Of a stretch of DNA of 41,075 nucleotides, positions 1-8,741 are shown piece by piece. The translations under genes and the position numbers were made by a program. The DNA is taken from positions 1 to 41,075 of the forward strand of contig CAYXYW010000001.1 in the NCBI GenBank assembly GCA_964469855.1. Direction: 5' to 3'. Position 1 is the first letter of the stretch, and the number at the start of each line of letters is the position of its first letter. The notes under the pieces are model-generated. The model was not told the DNA's origin. It saw nothing but the letters and a program-made list of their open reading frames with translations, and did not search any database. The DNA is from an uncultured Bifidobacterium sp. Lineage in GTDB: Bacteria > Actinomycetota > Actinomycetes > S36-B12 > UBA5976.

Positions 1-738
1 TCTGGTGGTCAGGTCATCAGTGAAGAAGTTGGTCTCAAGCTTGATTCAATTGGTCTAGAAATGCTAGGTCGTGCTCGCAAAGTGGTTGTTACAAAAGATG
101 AGACCACAATTGTTGAAGGTGCTGGCGATCCAGATCAAATTGCTGGTCGAGTAAATCAGATTCGCGCTGAGATTGAGAAGTCAGATTCTGATTACGATCG
201 TGAGAAACTACAAGAGCGACTAGCTAAATTAGCTGGTGGCGTTGCCGTAATTAAAGCAGGAGCCGCAACTGAAGTTGAGCTAAAAGAGCGCAAGCATCGA
301 ATTGAAGATGCGGTGCGAAATGCTAAAGCTGCAGTTGAAGAGGGAATTGTTGCTGGCGGTGGCGTAGCGATTTTGCAGGCTGCCGATAAGGCATTTGCAA
401 ATCTCAAGCTTGATGGCGATGAAGCAACTGGTGCTGCCATTGTGAAGGTTGCTGTTGAAGCACCACTAAAGCAGATTGCTATCAATGCTGGGCTAGAAGG
501 CGGCGTTGTGGTTGAGAAAGTTCGCAGCCTAACTCCAGGTGAAGGCTTGAACGCCGCAACTGGCGAATATGTCGACATGTTCAAAGCGGGCATTATCGAT
601 CCAGCCAAGGTAACTCGTTCTGCACTACAAAACGCAGCATCAATTGCTGCACTGTTCCTAACTACTGAGGTTGTGATTGCAGATAAGCCAGAGAAGGCTG
701 CTGCTGCCGCACCTGGTGGCGGAGATATGGATTTCTAA
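1..738 (+). CDS. groEL: Chaperonin GroEL (Cpn60), C-terminal part; the 5' end lies outside the window
   Basis: Frame 1 is open from nt 1 ([42 protein letters not shown]...). The apical/equatorial sequence is typical of GroEL ([33 protein letters not shown]) and the tail is Gly-rich (..PGGGDMDF). Confidence 0.97.
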   Translation, partial: SGGQVISEEVGLKLDSIGLEMLGRARKVVVTKDETTIVEGAGDPDQIAGRVNQIRAEIEKSDSDYDREKLQERLAKLAGGVAVIKAGAATEVELKERKHRIEDAVRNAKAAVEEGIVAGGGVAILQAADKAFANLKLDGDEATGAAIVKVAVEAPLKQIAINAGLEGGVVVEKVRSLTPGEGLNAATGEYVDMFKAGIIDPAKVTRSALQNAASIAALFLTTEVVIADKPEKAAAAAPGGGDMDF

Positions 739-754
739 ATCCAACATAATTCAA

Positions 755-785
755 TTAAGGGCGACTGCTAAGCGGTCGCCCTTAA
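755..785. terminator. Bidirectional stem-loop between convergent groEL and the XPB helicase gene
   Basis: There is a perfect 11 bp stem, TTAAGGGCGAC (755-765) with GTCGCCCTTAA (775-785), and a 9 nt loop. It sits in the 51 nt gap between two convergent stop codons. No clear U-tract follows. Confidence 0.6.
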
Positions 786-789
786 TCAT

Positions 790-2424
790 TTATACATCCG
801 CTGCATCAACAATTTGGTAGGCATAGCCTTGTTCGGCTAGAAATCGCTGGCGATGTGCGGCAAATTCTGCATCTACGGTGTCGCGTGTAACTACGGTGTA
901 GAAGGTAGCTGATCTACCATCAACTTTTGGCCGAAGAATTCGACCAAGGCGCTGCGCCTCTTCTTGTCTGGAACCAAACGTGCCAGATACTTGAATTGCG
1001 ATAGTTGCCTCTGGTAAATCAATGGAGAAATTTGCAACTTTTGACACGATCAAAACATTGATCTCGCCGTTTCGAAACATTTCATAAAGCTCTTGTCGTT
1101 CTTTAACTGGTGTTTCGCCAGTTATCAGGGGCGCTTTTAGATCATCACTTAGTCGGTGAAGTTGCTCTAAATACTGACCAATAACCAGAATCTGCTCACC
1201 TTCATGTTTAGCAAGTAGTTTCTCAACGGTGTGAATCTTTGCTGGAGTTATTGCAGCCAATCGATATTTAGAATCATCTTCGCTGACGGCGTAATTCAAT
1301 CGTTCATCTTCGGTTAACGTAACTCTAACCTCTACACATTCAGCAGGTGCGATATAGCCTTGATTTTGCATTTCTTTCCACGGCACATCAAAGCGTTTAG
1401 GTCCAATCAAACTGAATACATCGCCTTCTCGGCCATCCTCGCGCACTAGCGTTGCCGTTAAACCAAGGCGACGTCTGGCCTGAATATCTGCGGTGAATCG
1501 AAAAACTGGCGCTGGCAACAGATGAACTTCGTCATAAATGATTAAGCCCCAATCGCGAGCATCAAATAAATCTAAATGCGCGTATTCACCTTTTTTCTTA
1601 GTTGTCATCACTTGGTAAGTAGCAATAGTTACTGGTTTGATTTCTTTCTTAGCACCGGAATATTCACCTATCTCTTCTTCAGTTAGTGAAGTTCGGTTAA
1701 GCAATTCATCGCGCCATTGTCGGGCAGAAACGGTATTTGTAACCAAAATTAAAGTAGTGGCTTTGGCTTTAGCCATGGCGGCAGCACCAACAATTGTTTT
1801 GCCGGCACCACAGGGGAGCACCACAACACCTGAGCCGCCATGCCAGAACGAATCGACCGCATGATTTTGATACGGCCGAATTGCCCAACCATTTTCCGCC
1901 AATTCAATGGGATGTGCTTCTCCATCAACATATCCAGCAAAATCTTCAGCTGGCCAACCTAACTTCAACAATGCTTGCTTTAGTGCGCCACGTTCGCTGG
2001 GAAACACAATCACGGTTTCATTATCAACTCGCTTACCCATCATCGGGGTGATCTTTTTGTTACGCAGCACTTCTTCTAATACTGGCTTATCGGTGGTGGT
2101 GAGAATTAGGCCATGAACTGGATGATTCTCAAGTTTGAGTCGACCATAGCGACCCATCTGATCGGCAATATCGATCAGCAACGCATTGGGCACCGCATAG
2201 CGGGCGTACTTAATTAACGCATCAACAACTTGCTCAGCATCATGACCAGCCGCTCGGGCATTCCATAGTGCAAGTGAAGTAATTCGATAAGTGTGGATAT
2301 GTTCTGGAGCTCGTTCTAGTTCAGCAAACGGTGCAATCGCTTTTCTAGCTTCATCTGCTAAAGGATGATCAATCTCAAGCAATAAAGTGCGATCGCTTTG
2401 CACAATTAGCGGTCCGTTAGTCAA
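790..2424 (-). CDS. ercc3: XPB/ERCC3-type SF2 DNA helicase
   Basis: The ORF is 544 aa. The N-terminus GPLIVQSDRTLLLEIDHPL is typical of bacterial XPB. Walker A is PCGAGKT and motif II is YDEVHLLPA, followed by a helicase C-terminal domain. The start is TTG at 2424-2422, preceded by GGGAG. Confidence 0.9.
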   Translation of the reverse strand: MTNGPLIVQSDRTLLLEIDHPLADEARKAIAPFAELERAPEHIHTYRITSLALWNARAAGHDAEQVVDALIKYARYAVPNALLIDIADQMGRYGRLKLENHPVHGLILTTTDKPVLEEVLRNKKITPMMGKRVDNETVIVFPSERGALKQALLKLGWPAEDFAGYVDGEAHPIELAENGWAIRPYQNHAVDSFWHGGSGVVVLPCGAGKTIVGAAAMAKAKATTLILVTNTVSARQWRDELLNRTSLTEEEIGEYSGAKKEIKPVTIATYQVMTTKKKGEYAHLDLFDARDWGLIIYDEVHLLPAPVFRFTADIQARRRLGLTATLVREDGREGDVFSLIGPKRFDVPWKEMQNQGYIAPAECVEVRVTLTEDERLNYAVSEDDSKYRLAAITPAKIHTVEKLLAKHEGEQILVIGQYLEQLHRLSDDLKAPLITGETPVKERQELYEMFRNGEINVLIVSKVANFSIDLPEATIAIQVSGTFGSRQEEAQRLGRILRPKVDGRSATFYTVVTRDTVDAEFAAHRQRFLAEQGYAYQIVDAADV

Positions 2425-2464
2425 GGCGCTCCCTGGTTGGCTGACCGCGTATTATCTCAAATTT

Positions 2465-3550
2465 TTAAGATTCCAGCAGGCGGGTAATCATTCCTGCTAG
2501 CAATTTCACTCTTGGCTCAATTGCCGAAACCGAAACCCACTCGGAGCGTGCATGTGAACCAGCACCCACAGCACCTAAACCATCAATAGTTGGAATACCA
2601 AGAGCTGCGGTGAAATTGCCATCGCTTGCTCCGCCAACTTCAGCATTTGCCAAGTTTTCAATTCCAACCGTTGGTGCAATTTCTTGTGCTAAACCAAAAA
2701 GCCCCATGCTCATGCTGGATTCCATTGGTGGTCGGTTAATGCCACCTTTGATCTCAATTTTGATTCCAGGAATCGAAGAAGTGATTGCGTTAATCTCACG
2801 ATCAACCCGTTGCTGTTCTGCTGCGCTCCATGCTCTGACATCAATGCTTAACTCAGCTAACGCTGGCACAGTATTTGTCGTAGTACCTGCTTTTATAACT
2901 GTAGGTGTTACTGTGGTGCCAAGTTCTATGTTGCCAATTTTGCTAACTGATAGTGCGATTTCACTAATTGCTAAACCAGCATTGATTCCTTTTTCGGGTT
3001 CTAATCCAGCATGGGCAGCTAAGCCATGCGCGACAATCTCGTAATTTGACGTGCCTTTGCGTGCGGTTTTCAATGCTTCATTTTGCGCGCATTCCAAAAC
3101 TAAAACTGCAACGGCAGATGCAGCTGCTTGTTCAATCAATTTACGGGATGTTTCAGATCCAATTTCTTCATCAGTGGTTAATAGATAAGCCACACCCGGC
3201 TGATTCGCTTCAGCAATCGCGTGAATTCCTTGCACCACACCAGATTTCATATCAACGCAACCTGGCCCAGTTAATTTATCGCCAGTGATGGCAAATGGAA
3301 TTTCGGTTAACGTACCGATAGGCCAGACTGTATCGATATGACCAAGCACTAATACTTTTGGTTTTTCTTCGCCCCACCACAGATGATCTCGCCCAGCCAC
3401 ATTAATTACCTTGCCGGGCGTGCCAAGTCGCTGAGTCAACATTTCATTGGTTACTCGAACCACTTCACTGCAAGCGGCCAGATCTACGCTGGGTGATTCG
3501 GTTTCAATCAAAGTTTGCATGTCAGCCAGCACGGATTTCAAATTCACCAT
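2465..3550 (-). CDS. M20-family metallo-amidohydrolase (carboxypeptidase G2 / N-acyl-amino-acid deacylase-like)
   Basis: The ORF is 361 aa. Metal-ligand motifs are present: GHIDTVWP, TTDEEIGS, and a C-terminal GAGSHARSEWV. Confidence 0.8.
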   Translation of the reverse strand: MVNLKSVLADMQTLIETESPSVDLAACSEVVRVTNEMLTQRLGTPGKVINVAGRDHLWWGEEKPKVLVLGHIDTVWPIGTLTEIPFAITGDKLTGPGCVDMKSGVVQGIHAIAEANQPGVAYLLTTDEEIGSETSRKLIEQAAASAVAVLVLECAQNEALKTARKGTSNYEIVAHGLAAHAGLEPEKGINAGLAISEIALSVSKIGNIELGTTVTPTVIKAGTTTNTVPALAELSIDVRAWSAAEQQRVDREINAITSSIPGIKIEIKGGINRPPMESSMSMGLFGLAQEIAPTVGIENLANAEVGGASDGNFTAALGIPTIDGLGAVGAGSHARSEWVSVSAIEPRVKLLAGMITRLLES

Positions 3551-3573
3551 GGCGACAAGATACTGTGTAGGGC

Positions 3574-4326
3574 ATGGATTGGGTGAAACATTGGCGCCAA
3601 CGCAGCGACCAGTCGAGCGCTGGCTTGGTGGTGCGCCAACTTTCCAGCGGGGAAGAACTCACTGAACTTCGTGAGCTGTTTGATCTCACCTGGCCCTCGC
3701 CCTCTAGCCAAATCACCCAGAATTTTGGCACCGCGCTGATTCACTCGGGGGCAGTGTTAACTGGCGCATATCTGGAAAATCAATTAGTTGCTGGCTCATT
3801 GGCAATTGTTAGCAATCAGGCTGGCACAGTGGGGCTGCATTCGCATATGGCAGCAACTCATCCAGATTATCGAGGTAGAGGTTACGGCGCAATTGTGAAA
3901 TATGAGCAAGCAGCGATTGCTGCGGAAAATGGAATCAACAAAATTACCTGGACCTTTGATCCGTTAGTGCTTAGAAATGCCAAACTTAATATTTTGAATC
4001 TTGGTGTCAGCATCAAGAAGTTTGTGCCCGATTTTTATGGTCAGATGGAAGATGCCATTAACGCAAATGATTTAACTGATCGACTTTGGTGCGAATGGGA
4101 GCTAGCAAAACCTCGCGCCCTTGCTGCACCACACCAACCGATGTCAGGTGACGGTTTGATAAGAGTGCCAATTGTCAAAGATATTGGTGTGGTTAAGAAT
4201 TTGGAACCAGAGCGTGCTCGCGAATTACGACTTGAGATGCGCGGTGCGTTAGCGGCTGCGCTTGATGGTAGCCGTGAGATAGTTGGAATTTCCAGTAATG
4301 ATGAATATCTGATAGGTAACTTATGA
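3574..4326 (+). CDS. GNAT-fold acyltransferase-like protein (COG3375-like); the start is uncertain
   Basis: The ORF is 250 aa. YRGRGYGAIVKYEQ resembles the acyl-CoA binding motif A (R-x-x-G-x-G) of GNAT enzymes. Its stop overlaps the next gene's start (ATGA at 4323-4326). In-frame GTG codons at 3628 and 3631 are alternative starts that would leave a more realistic divergent promoter gap. Confidence 0.55.
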   Translation: MDWVKHWRQRSDQSSAGLVVRQLSSGEELTELRELFDLTWPSPSSQITQNFGTALIHSGAVLTGAYLENQLVAGSLAIVSNQAGTVGLHSHMAATHPDYRGRGYGAIVKYEQAAIAAENGINKITWTFDPLVLRNAKLNILNLGVSIKKFVPDFYGQMEDAINANDLTDRLWCEWELAKPRALAAPHQPMSGDGLIRVPIVKDIGVVKNLEPERARELRLEMRGALAAALDGSREIVGISSNDEYLIGNL

Positions 4327-5426
4327 AAATACAAGAAATAACACTGCGCCGATTAGCAATGCCGCTGATCAGACCATTTCGAACTTCATTTGGCACACAA
4401 ACTCAGCGCGATGTGTTGTTAGTTGAAGTTCTAGCTGATGGCAATACTGGTTATGGGGAATGTGTTGCCATGAGCATTCCGTTGTATTCGGAAGAATATG
4501 TAATTGCAGCGCAAGATTTCATCACCCGATTTGTTGCACCACGGCTATTTCAAACTGAAATCGAACCAACTGAGTTTGCCGATTTAGTTTCAGATTTACT
4601 AGGTAATCGGATGGCGAAAGCCGCCGTTGAGATGGCGTTGCTAGATGCTTGGCTAAAAGGCCAAGGGATTTCTTTTGCCGATTATTTACGGGTCGAGCGA
4701 GATCGAGTTCCAGTCGGGGTTAGCATCGGTATTTCGGATAGCACTGATGCGCTTTTGAACGAAGTAAATATGTTCGTGACGCAGGGTTATCGCCGAATTA
4801 AGTTAAAGATTGAACCAGAATTCGATATTGCGCCAACTAAAGCCGTTCGAGAAGCGTTTCCAGAAATACTGCTGCAAGTAGATGCAAATCAAGCATATTC
4901 CGCAGCAGATATCGATCACCTGGTGCGATTGGATGAGTTTGATCTGTTGCTAATTGAGCAACCAATGAGTGAAACAGATATTGCAGGTCACATTAAGTTG
5001 GCTCGAATGATGAAAACCCCAGTGTGTTTAGATGAATCAATTACGTCAGCTGCAGTTGCTAAAGATTTAATTGAGTTAGGTGCTACAACTGTGGTGAATA
5101 TCAAACCTGGTCGGGTTGGCGGTTACCTTGAGGCTGTTCGAATTCATGATGTTTGCCAAAAGTTAGGCGTGCCAGTTTGGTGTGGCGGCATGTTAGAAAC
5201 TGGAATTGGCCGTGCTGCAAATTTAGCACTTGCTGGACTTGCTGGCTTTACGCTACCTGGTGATATCAGTGCCACCAATCGCTATTGGAATCGCGATATC
5301 ACGCAGGAGTTTGTGGTGGAAGACGGCGAAATTGCAATCCCAACTGGATTTGGTTTTGGCGCTGAAGTTGATTTAGAGATATTAACTAGTTATCAAACTG
5401 AATACGTGTCTCTTACTCGGCCATAA
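4323..5426 (+). CDS. Enolase-superfamily enzyme of the N-succinylamino-acid racemase / o-succinylbenzoate synthase (NSAR/OSBS) subfamily
   Basis: The ORF is 367 aa. Motifs: PLIRPFRTSFGTQTQRDVLL, KxK (RIKLKIEP), metal ligands QVDANQAY / LIEQP / CLDES, and the second catalytic Lys in VNIKPGRVGG. From memory, it closely resembles the Amycolatopsis NAAAR/NSAR sequence. Confidence 0.85.
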   Translation: MKIQEITLRRLAMPLIRPFRTSFGTQTQRDVLLVEVLADGNTGYGECVAMSIPLYSEEYVIAAQDFITRFVAPRLFQTEIEPTEFADLVSDLLGNRMAKAAVEMALLDAWLKGQGISFADYLRVERDRVPVGVSIGISDSTDALLNEVNMFVTQGYRRIKLKIEPEFDIAPTKAVREAFPEILLQVDANQAYSAADIDHLVRLDEFDLLLIEQPMSETDIAGHIKLARMMKTPVCLDESITSAAVAKDLIELGATTVVNIKPGRVGGYLEAVRIHDVCQKLGVPVWCGGMLETGIGRAANLALAGLAGFTLPGDISATNRYWNRDITQEFVVEDGEIAIPTGFGFGAEVDLEILTSYQTEYVSLTRP

Positions 5427-7677
5427 TTGCGATCATAGTGATGCGAGCAATTGCGAAATCGCCAACTTTGGCACTTCGCTGATCAAACGCACTTAACCGG
5501 CCAGCAGCAATTCGAATTGGTTGCACTACATGCTCCACTTCACGGCCAGAATCATTGGCATACCCGATCCAAACCTTACACTTTTTCTCAACTGCCTCAC
5601 GCAGCACAGCAACAGTTTCGGTAGTTGATAATCGCACCGCATTTTTTGGCCGAGCAGATGGTGCAGCGGCATCGCCTTGGCGCAGTGCTTTAACTGCCTC
5701 AGTTAAAACTTCATCGGTTGGATGCTCTAATCGGTTTTGATTGGTATCAATGCTGGCCCGGCGTGGTTGTCGTGCACGCACCAAAGTTGAACCATCAGCT
5801 GCTTCTAACGTTGGGGTGTAGCCAGATTGGCCAAGCACGGCCGCCGCATCTTCTGGATCTGCTTGAAACACCACGACCGTAGGTGCAATTCGCTGTGGCA
5901 TTAATGCCGTGACTCTGGCATCGCGCATAAGTGCATCAAGCAGCGTGACATCATCACTTCGCAAATATGCTGGGGCAGTTCCTAATCGAATTGCACCATG
6001 CTTTCGTGCCGTGTCTTCAATTAAGTAAACCAGTGGTTGTGGCAGCGGTGTTTTAGATGCTTTAGCCAGCGTGCCTTTTATTCCTTCAGCTGATTTCCCG
6101 CTATCTAAACCTCGACGGATGCTGGCTTCAGTGAATCGATAAACCGTTGCTGCGCCGCGACTTTCAATTTCAGCTAACAAATTCATCTCGCGATTTAGTT
6201 CAGCAATTAGCGGACCAGGCGCGACTGCAGTTAGATCAGCTTGCACCATGATGTAATCAATCGGAGTTGGTAAATGTTCAGAAACATAACTTGCAATTTG
6301 TTGATGATGCAATAGTTCCTTGCCAGCAGTTGTGATGCGGCCCATTCCCGATACGCCGAGTAATTCCGCTTGCGCCAATGTTGCTAACACCACTTTATGA
6401 ACCATCTTTTTATCGCGCCGGGGTCGATGCCAACTTACCCATGCTGCCATCTGTTCGGTATTAGTTGAACCAAACTGCATTGCTTCAAGCGTTAGTGTGC
6501 GCAGATCAAGCAGTGGAATTCCAAGTCGATCTAACCCGCCTTGCAGCGCATTAATCCGATCGCCTTTGTCATCTTTCTCGCCAATTAAGAACATCGCACG
6601 AGCGCTGTTCCACCAAGCGAGCACCAAACTCTCCCATTTAGTTGCGACATCTTTTATTTTCCATAGGTCATAACTTGTTGTTGGTGCCCATGTTGGTTCT
6701 TGGTGGTAATCAATTGCTAACAGACCAGCTGCATGAGCTAACTCAATTATCAAACTTGCTGCTGCTTCATCAAGATCGAGCAACTCTGCTGCCTTAGTTA
6801 AATCGCGAGCACTCAAGCCACCACTGCGCAACATGGGTGGCGGCGATGTGGACCAGGCATCCAGCAGTTGTTCAGTTTGCTTCACCAAACTAAATGCCAC
6901 CTCACCACCAACAGCATCGGGTTTTAATTTGGCGGCTTTATCTGGCACAACTTCTGGTGCGCCAGGATCAATTTCATTGACTAATCGGTCGCCTCGTAGT
7001 GCTAACGCAACTTCTCTTGGCAACATAATGGTTTCTGGTCCGGCCGGAATTAGTAAGCCGCGCGCCAGCAACCATTCAATCGGTGTCTTAGCAGAATCTA
7101 TCGTTACTTTTTTGGTGGCATCGGCAACTTTGCCAACTGGTGGACCCCATAACAATTTATCCACCACAAACTGCACATCTTCTGGTGCAGACTTAATTAA
7201 TTCAGCTAACTCAGTTGGATGTTTAGAAGCAATCAGAGAATCAAGTTGATCTTTCGCGCTGCTACCTAAACCACATGGATAAGGTCCAATCACATCAATT
7301 AGTGAATCTGGGGTAAGCAGCGCTTTATCGTCACCCCAAATAAGCGCTAACGAACGCAGATGTTGCAGCGCTTGCTTAATGCTTGCTGGAGTTGTTTTTC
7401 CAGCAACACCCATTGCCTTTGTCAGATTAGTAGTGCTCACTGGTTTTGGTAGCACCGCAAGCACTTCAATTAGTTGCAGCGCAGTTCGATTTATTCGATC
7501 TAGTGCTCGTGCCACACTAGATGGCGCTAATGCTCGTGCGGCTAATCGCTCAAAGTCAGGCGGTATTGGATGTAGCAAATCTGGACGCTCTTGCAGCAGC
7601 TTAGCTACTGCAGCATCATCAAACGCCCTGAGCGAACTAACTAAGGCGGCGCGAGCGTCGATATCCTGACTGGACAT
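5413..7677 (-). CDS. Large conserved actinobacterial XPB-associated protein (helicase-associated domain protein, Rv0862c-like)
   Basis: The track ORF (842 aa) is over-extended across the divergent HAD gene. I place the start at the ATG at 7677-7675 (MSSQDIDARAALV...), giving 754 aa. An internal segment (TVYRFTEASIRRGLDSGKSAEGI..PLPQPLVYLIED) resembles the XPB N-terminal module. The C-terminus (VWIGYANDSGREVEHVVQPIRI..FAIARI) looks WYL-like. Confidence 0.65.
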   Translation of the reverse strand: MSSQDIDARAALVSSLRAFDDAAVAKLLQERPDLLHPIPPDFERLAARALAPSSVARALDRINRTALQLIEVLAVLPKPVSTTNLTKAMGVAGKTTPASIKQALQHLRSLALIWGDDKALLTPDSLIDVIGPYPCGLGSSAKDQLDSLIASKHPTELAELIKSAPEDVQFVVDKLLWGPPVGKVADATKKVTIDSAKTPIEWLLARGLLIPAGPETIMLPREVALALRGDRLVNEIDPGAPEVVPDKAAKLKPDAVGGEVAFSLVKQTEQLLDAWSTSPPPMLRSGGLSARDLTKAAELLDLDEAAASLIIELAHAAGLLAIDYHQEPTWAPTTSYDLWKIKDVATKWESLVLAWWNSARAMFLIGEKDDKGDRINALQGGLDRLGIPLLDLRTLTLEAMQFGSTNTEQMAAWVSWHRPRRDKKMVHKVVLATLAQAELLGVSGMGRITTAGKELLHHQQIASYVSEHLPTPIDYIMVQADLTAVAPGPLIAELNREMNLLAEIESRGAATVYRFTEASIRRGLDSGKSAEGIKGTLAKASKTPLPQPLVYLIEDTARKHGAIRLGTAPAYLRSDDVTLLDALMRDARVTALMPQRIAPTVVVFQADPEDAAAVLGQSGYTPTLEAADGSTLVRARQPRRASIDTNQNRLEHPTDEVLTEAVKALRQGDAAAPSARPKNAVRLSTTETVAVLREAVEKKCKVWIGYANDSGREVEHVVQPIRIAAGRLSAFDQRSAKVGDFAIARITMIAIMAE

Positions 7678-7709
7678 TCTGCCTAATCTACAGGGCGTAG
7701 GATGCCGCG

Positions 7710-8327
7710 ATGCTAACAGTGGGTTTTGACTTAGATATGACGTTGGTGGATTCCGCGGATTCAATCGTGGAATCGTTAGTTGCCGTGGTGCGAGAGCGCG
7801 GCCATGAAATTGATGAACAGCAGGTGCGCGACACCATAGGCATGCCGTTCCCGCTGGTGCTGCCAAAGTTATTGCCGCAAGCTGATCCGGATGAACTGCT
7901 TGCGGCTTATCGAGCACATTATCGAGTGCATGGTGTACCAAAAACTAAACCACTGCCTGGTGCGCATGATGCAGTTGCCGCAATCAGAGAGATCGGTGGC
8001 AGAGTTGTCGTAGTCACCGCAAAACAAGGAATCACTGCAGTTGGTGCGCTGGCTGCCGCTGGATTTGAAATTCCTGAAACAGATGTGGTTGCTGAAGTTT
8101 TTGCCGAAGAAAAAGGTCATGCATTAAAGGGATTTAATGCCCAGATCTACGTTGGTGATCACCCGGGTGATATCACTGGCGCGAAGGTGGCAAATGCAAT
8201 TGCAGTAGGTGTGCCAACTGGCCCAACTTCAGCCGCAGATTTGCTCACTGCAGGTGCTGATGTGCTGCTTGCGGGCGGGCTGCCTGAGTTCCGGGTTTGG
8301 TTCACCACCTGGCTAGCCTCACGCTAG
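7710..8327 (+). CDS. HAD-superfamily hydrolase (phosphoglycolate-phosphatase-like)
   Basis: The ORF is 205 aa. Motif I is FDLDMTLVDS (DxDxT). Motif III/IV is KG...YVGDHPGD. Confidence 0.8.
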   Translation: MLTVGFDLDMTLVDSADSIVESLVAVVRERGHEIDEQQVRDTIGMPFPLVLPKLLPQADPDELLAAYRAHYRVHGVPKTKPLPGAHDAVAAIREIGGRVVVVTAKQGITAVGALAAAGFEIPETDVVAEVFAEEKGHALKGFNAQIYVGDHPGDITGAKVANAIAVGVPTGPTSAADLLTAGADVLLAGGLPEFRVWFTTWLASR

Positions 8328-8359
8328 ATTTAGCCCAGAACCCAGCACAAGGAGAGATC

Positions 8360-8740
8360 GTGCCTACCGGCAGACTGAAATGGTATGACCACGAACGCGG
8401 CTTCGGATTTATTACTTCCGATGACGGCGAAGATGTTTTTGTGCACACCAATGCACTTCCAGTTGGTGTGGTGGTTAAGCCTGGCATGAAGTTGGAGTTT
8501 GGTGTTGCAGATGGTCGACGTGGTCGTCAGGCACTTAATGTTTCTATTGTTGATCCAGTGCCAAGTCTGGTTGAAGGTCAGCGCAAGCCCGCCGATGACA
8601 TGGCAATAATTATTGAAGACCTAATTAAGTTATTAGATGGTGTGCACAGTGGGTTGCGTCGAGGCAGATTTCCGGAAGGAAATCATGGTGCCAAGATTGC
8701 CGCATTGCTGCGCGCTGTAGCTAACGATTTAGATAGCTAA
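8360..8740 (+). CDS. Cold-shock-domain protein, long form (CSD plus C-terminal extension)
   Basis: The sequence GRLKWYDHERGFGFITSDDGEDVFVH carries RNP1/RNP2-like motifs. I start it at the GTG at 8360, which is preceded by AAGGAGAG. The track start (TTG at 8297) overlaps the HAD gene. Confidence 0.85.
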   Translation: MPTGRLKWYDHERGFGFITSDDGEDVFVHTNALPVGVVVKPGMKLEFGVADGRRGRQALNVSIVDPVPSLVEGQRKPADDMAIIIEDLIKLLDGVHSGLRRGRFPEGNHGAKIAALLRAVANDLDS

Positions 8741-8741
8741 C

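Noticed and set aside
192-608. Long antisense or overlapping ORFs in the six-frame track. Examples: 192-608(-) in groEL, 2610-3044(+) in the M20 gene, 6833-7249(+), 15411-15782(-), 16573-16980(-), 25715-26257(+, 180 aa), 36891-37280(-).
   Set aside because: Each lies entirely inside a gene that has strong family motifs on the other strand. Their translations are low-complexity (Ser/Ala/Pro/Thr-rich) with no recognisable motifs or RBS. They are typical shadow ORFs.
7678-7941. An 88-codon N-terminal extension of the XPB-partner ORF, and similar extensions at 10860-11201 (pdxH), 11130-11189 (serC), 11857-11913 (pfkB), 14223-14258 (phr), 21377-21412 (gltA), 8297-8359 (csp), 31151-31168 and 32364-32402.
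   Set aside because: The extensions run across divergent or upstream genes, or across the gene's own RBS. Family-typical N-termini begin at the internal start codons I used, and several of those have clear AGGAG-type sites.
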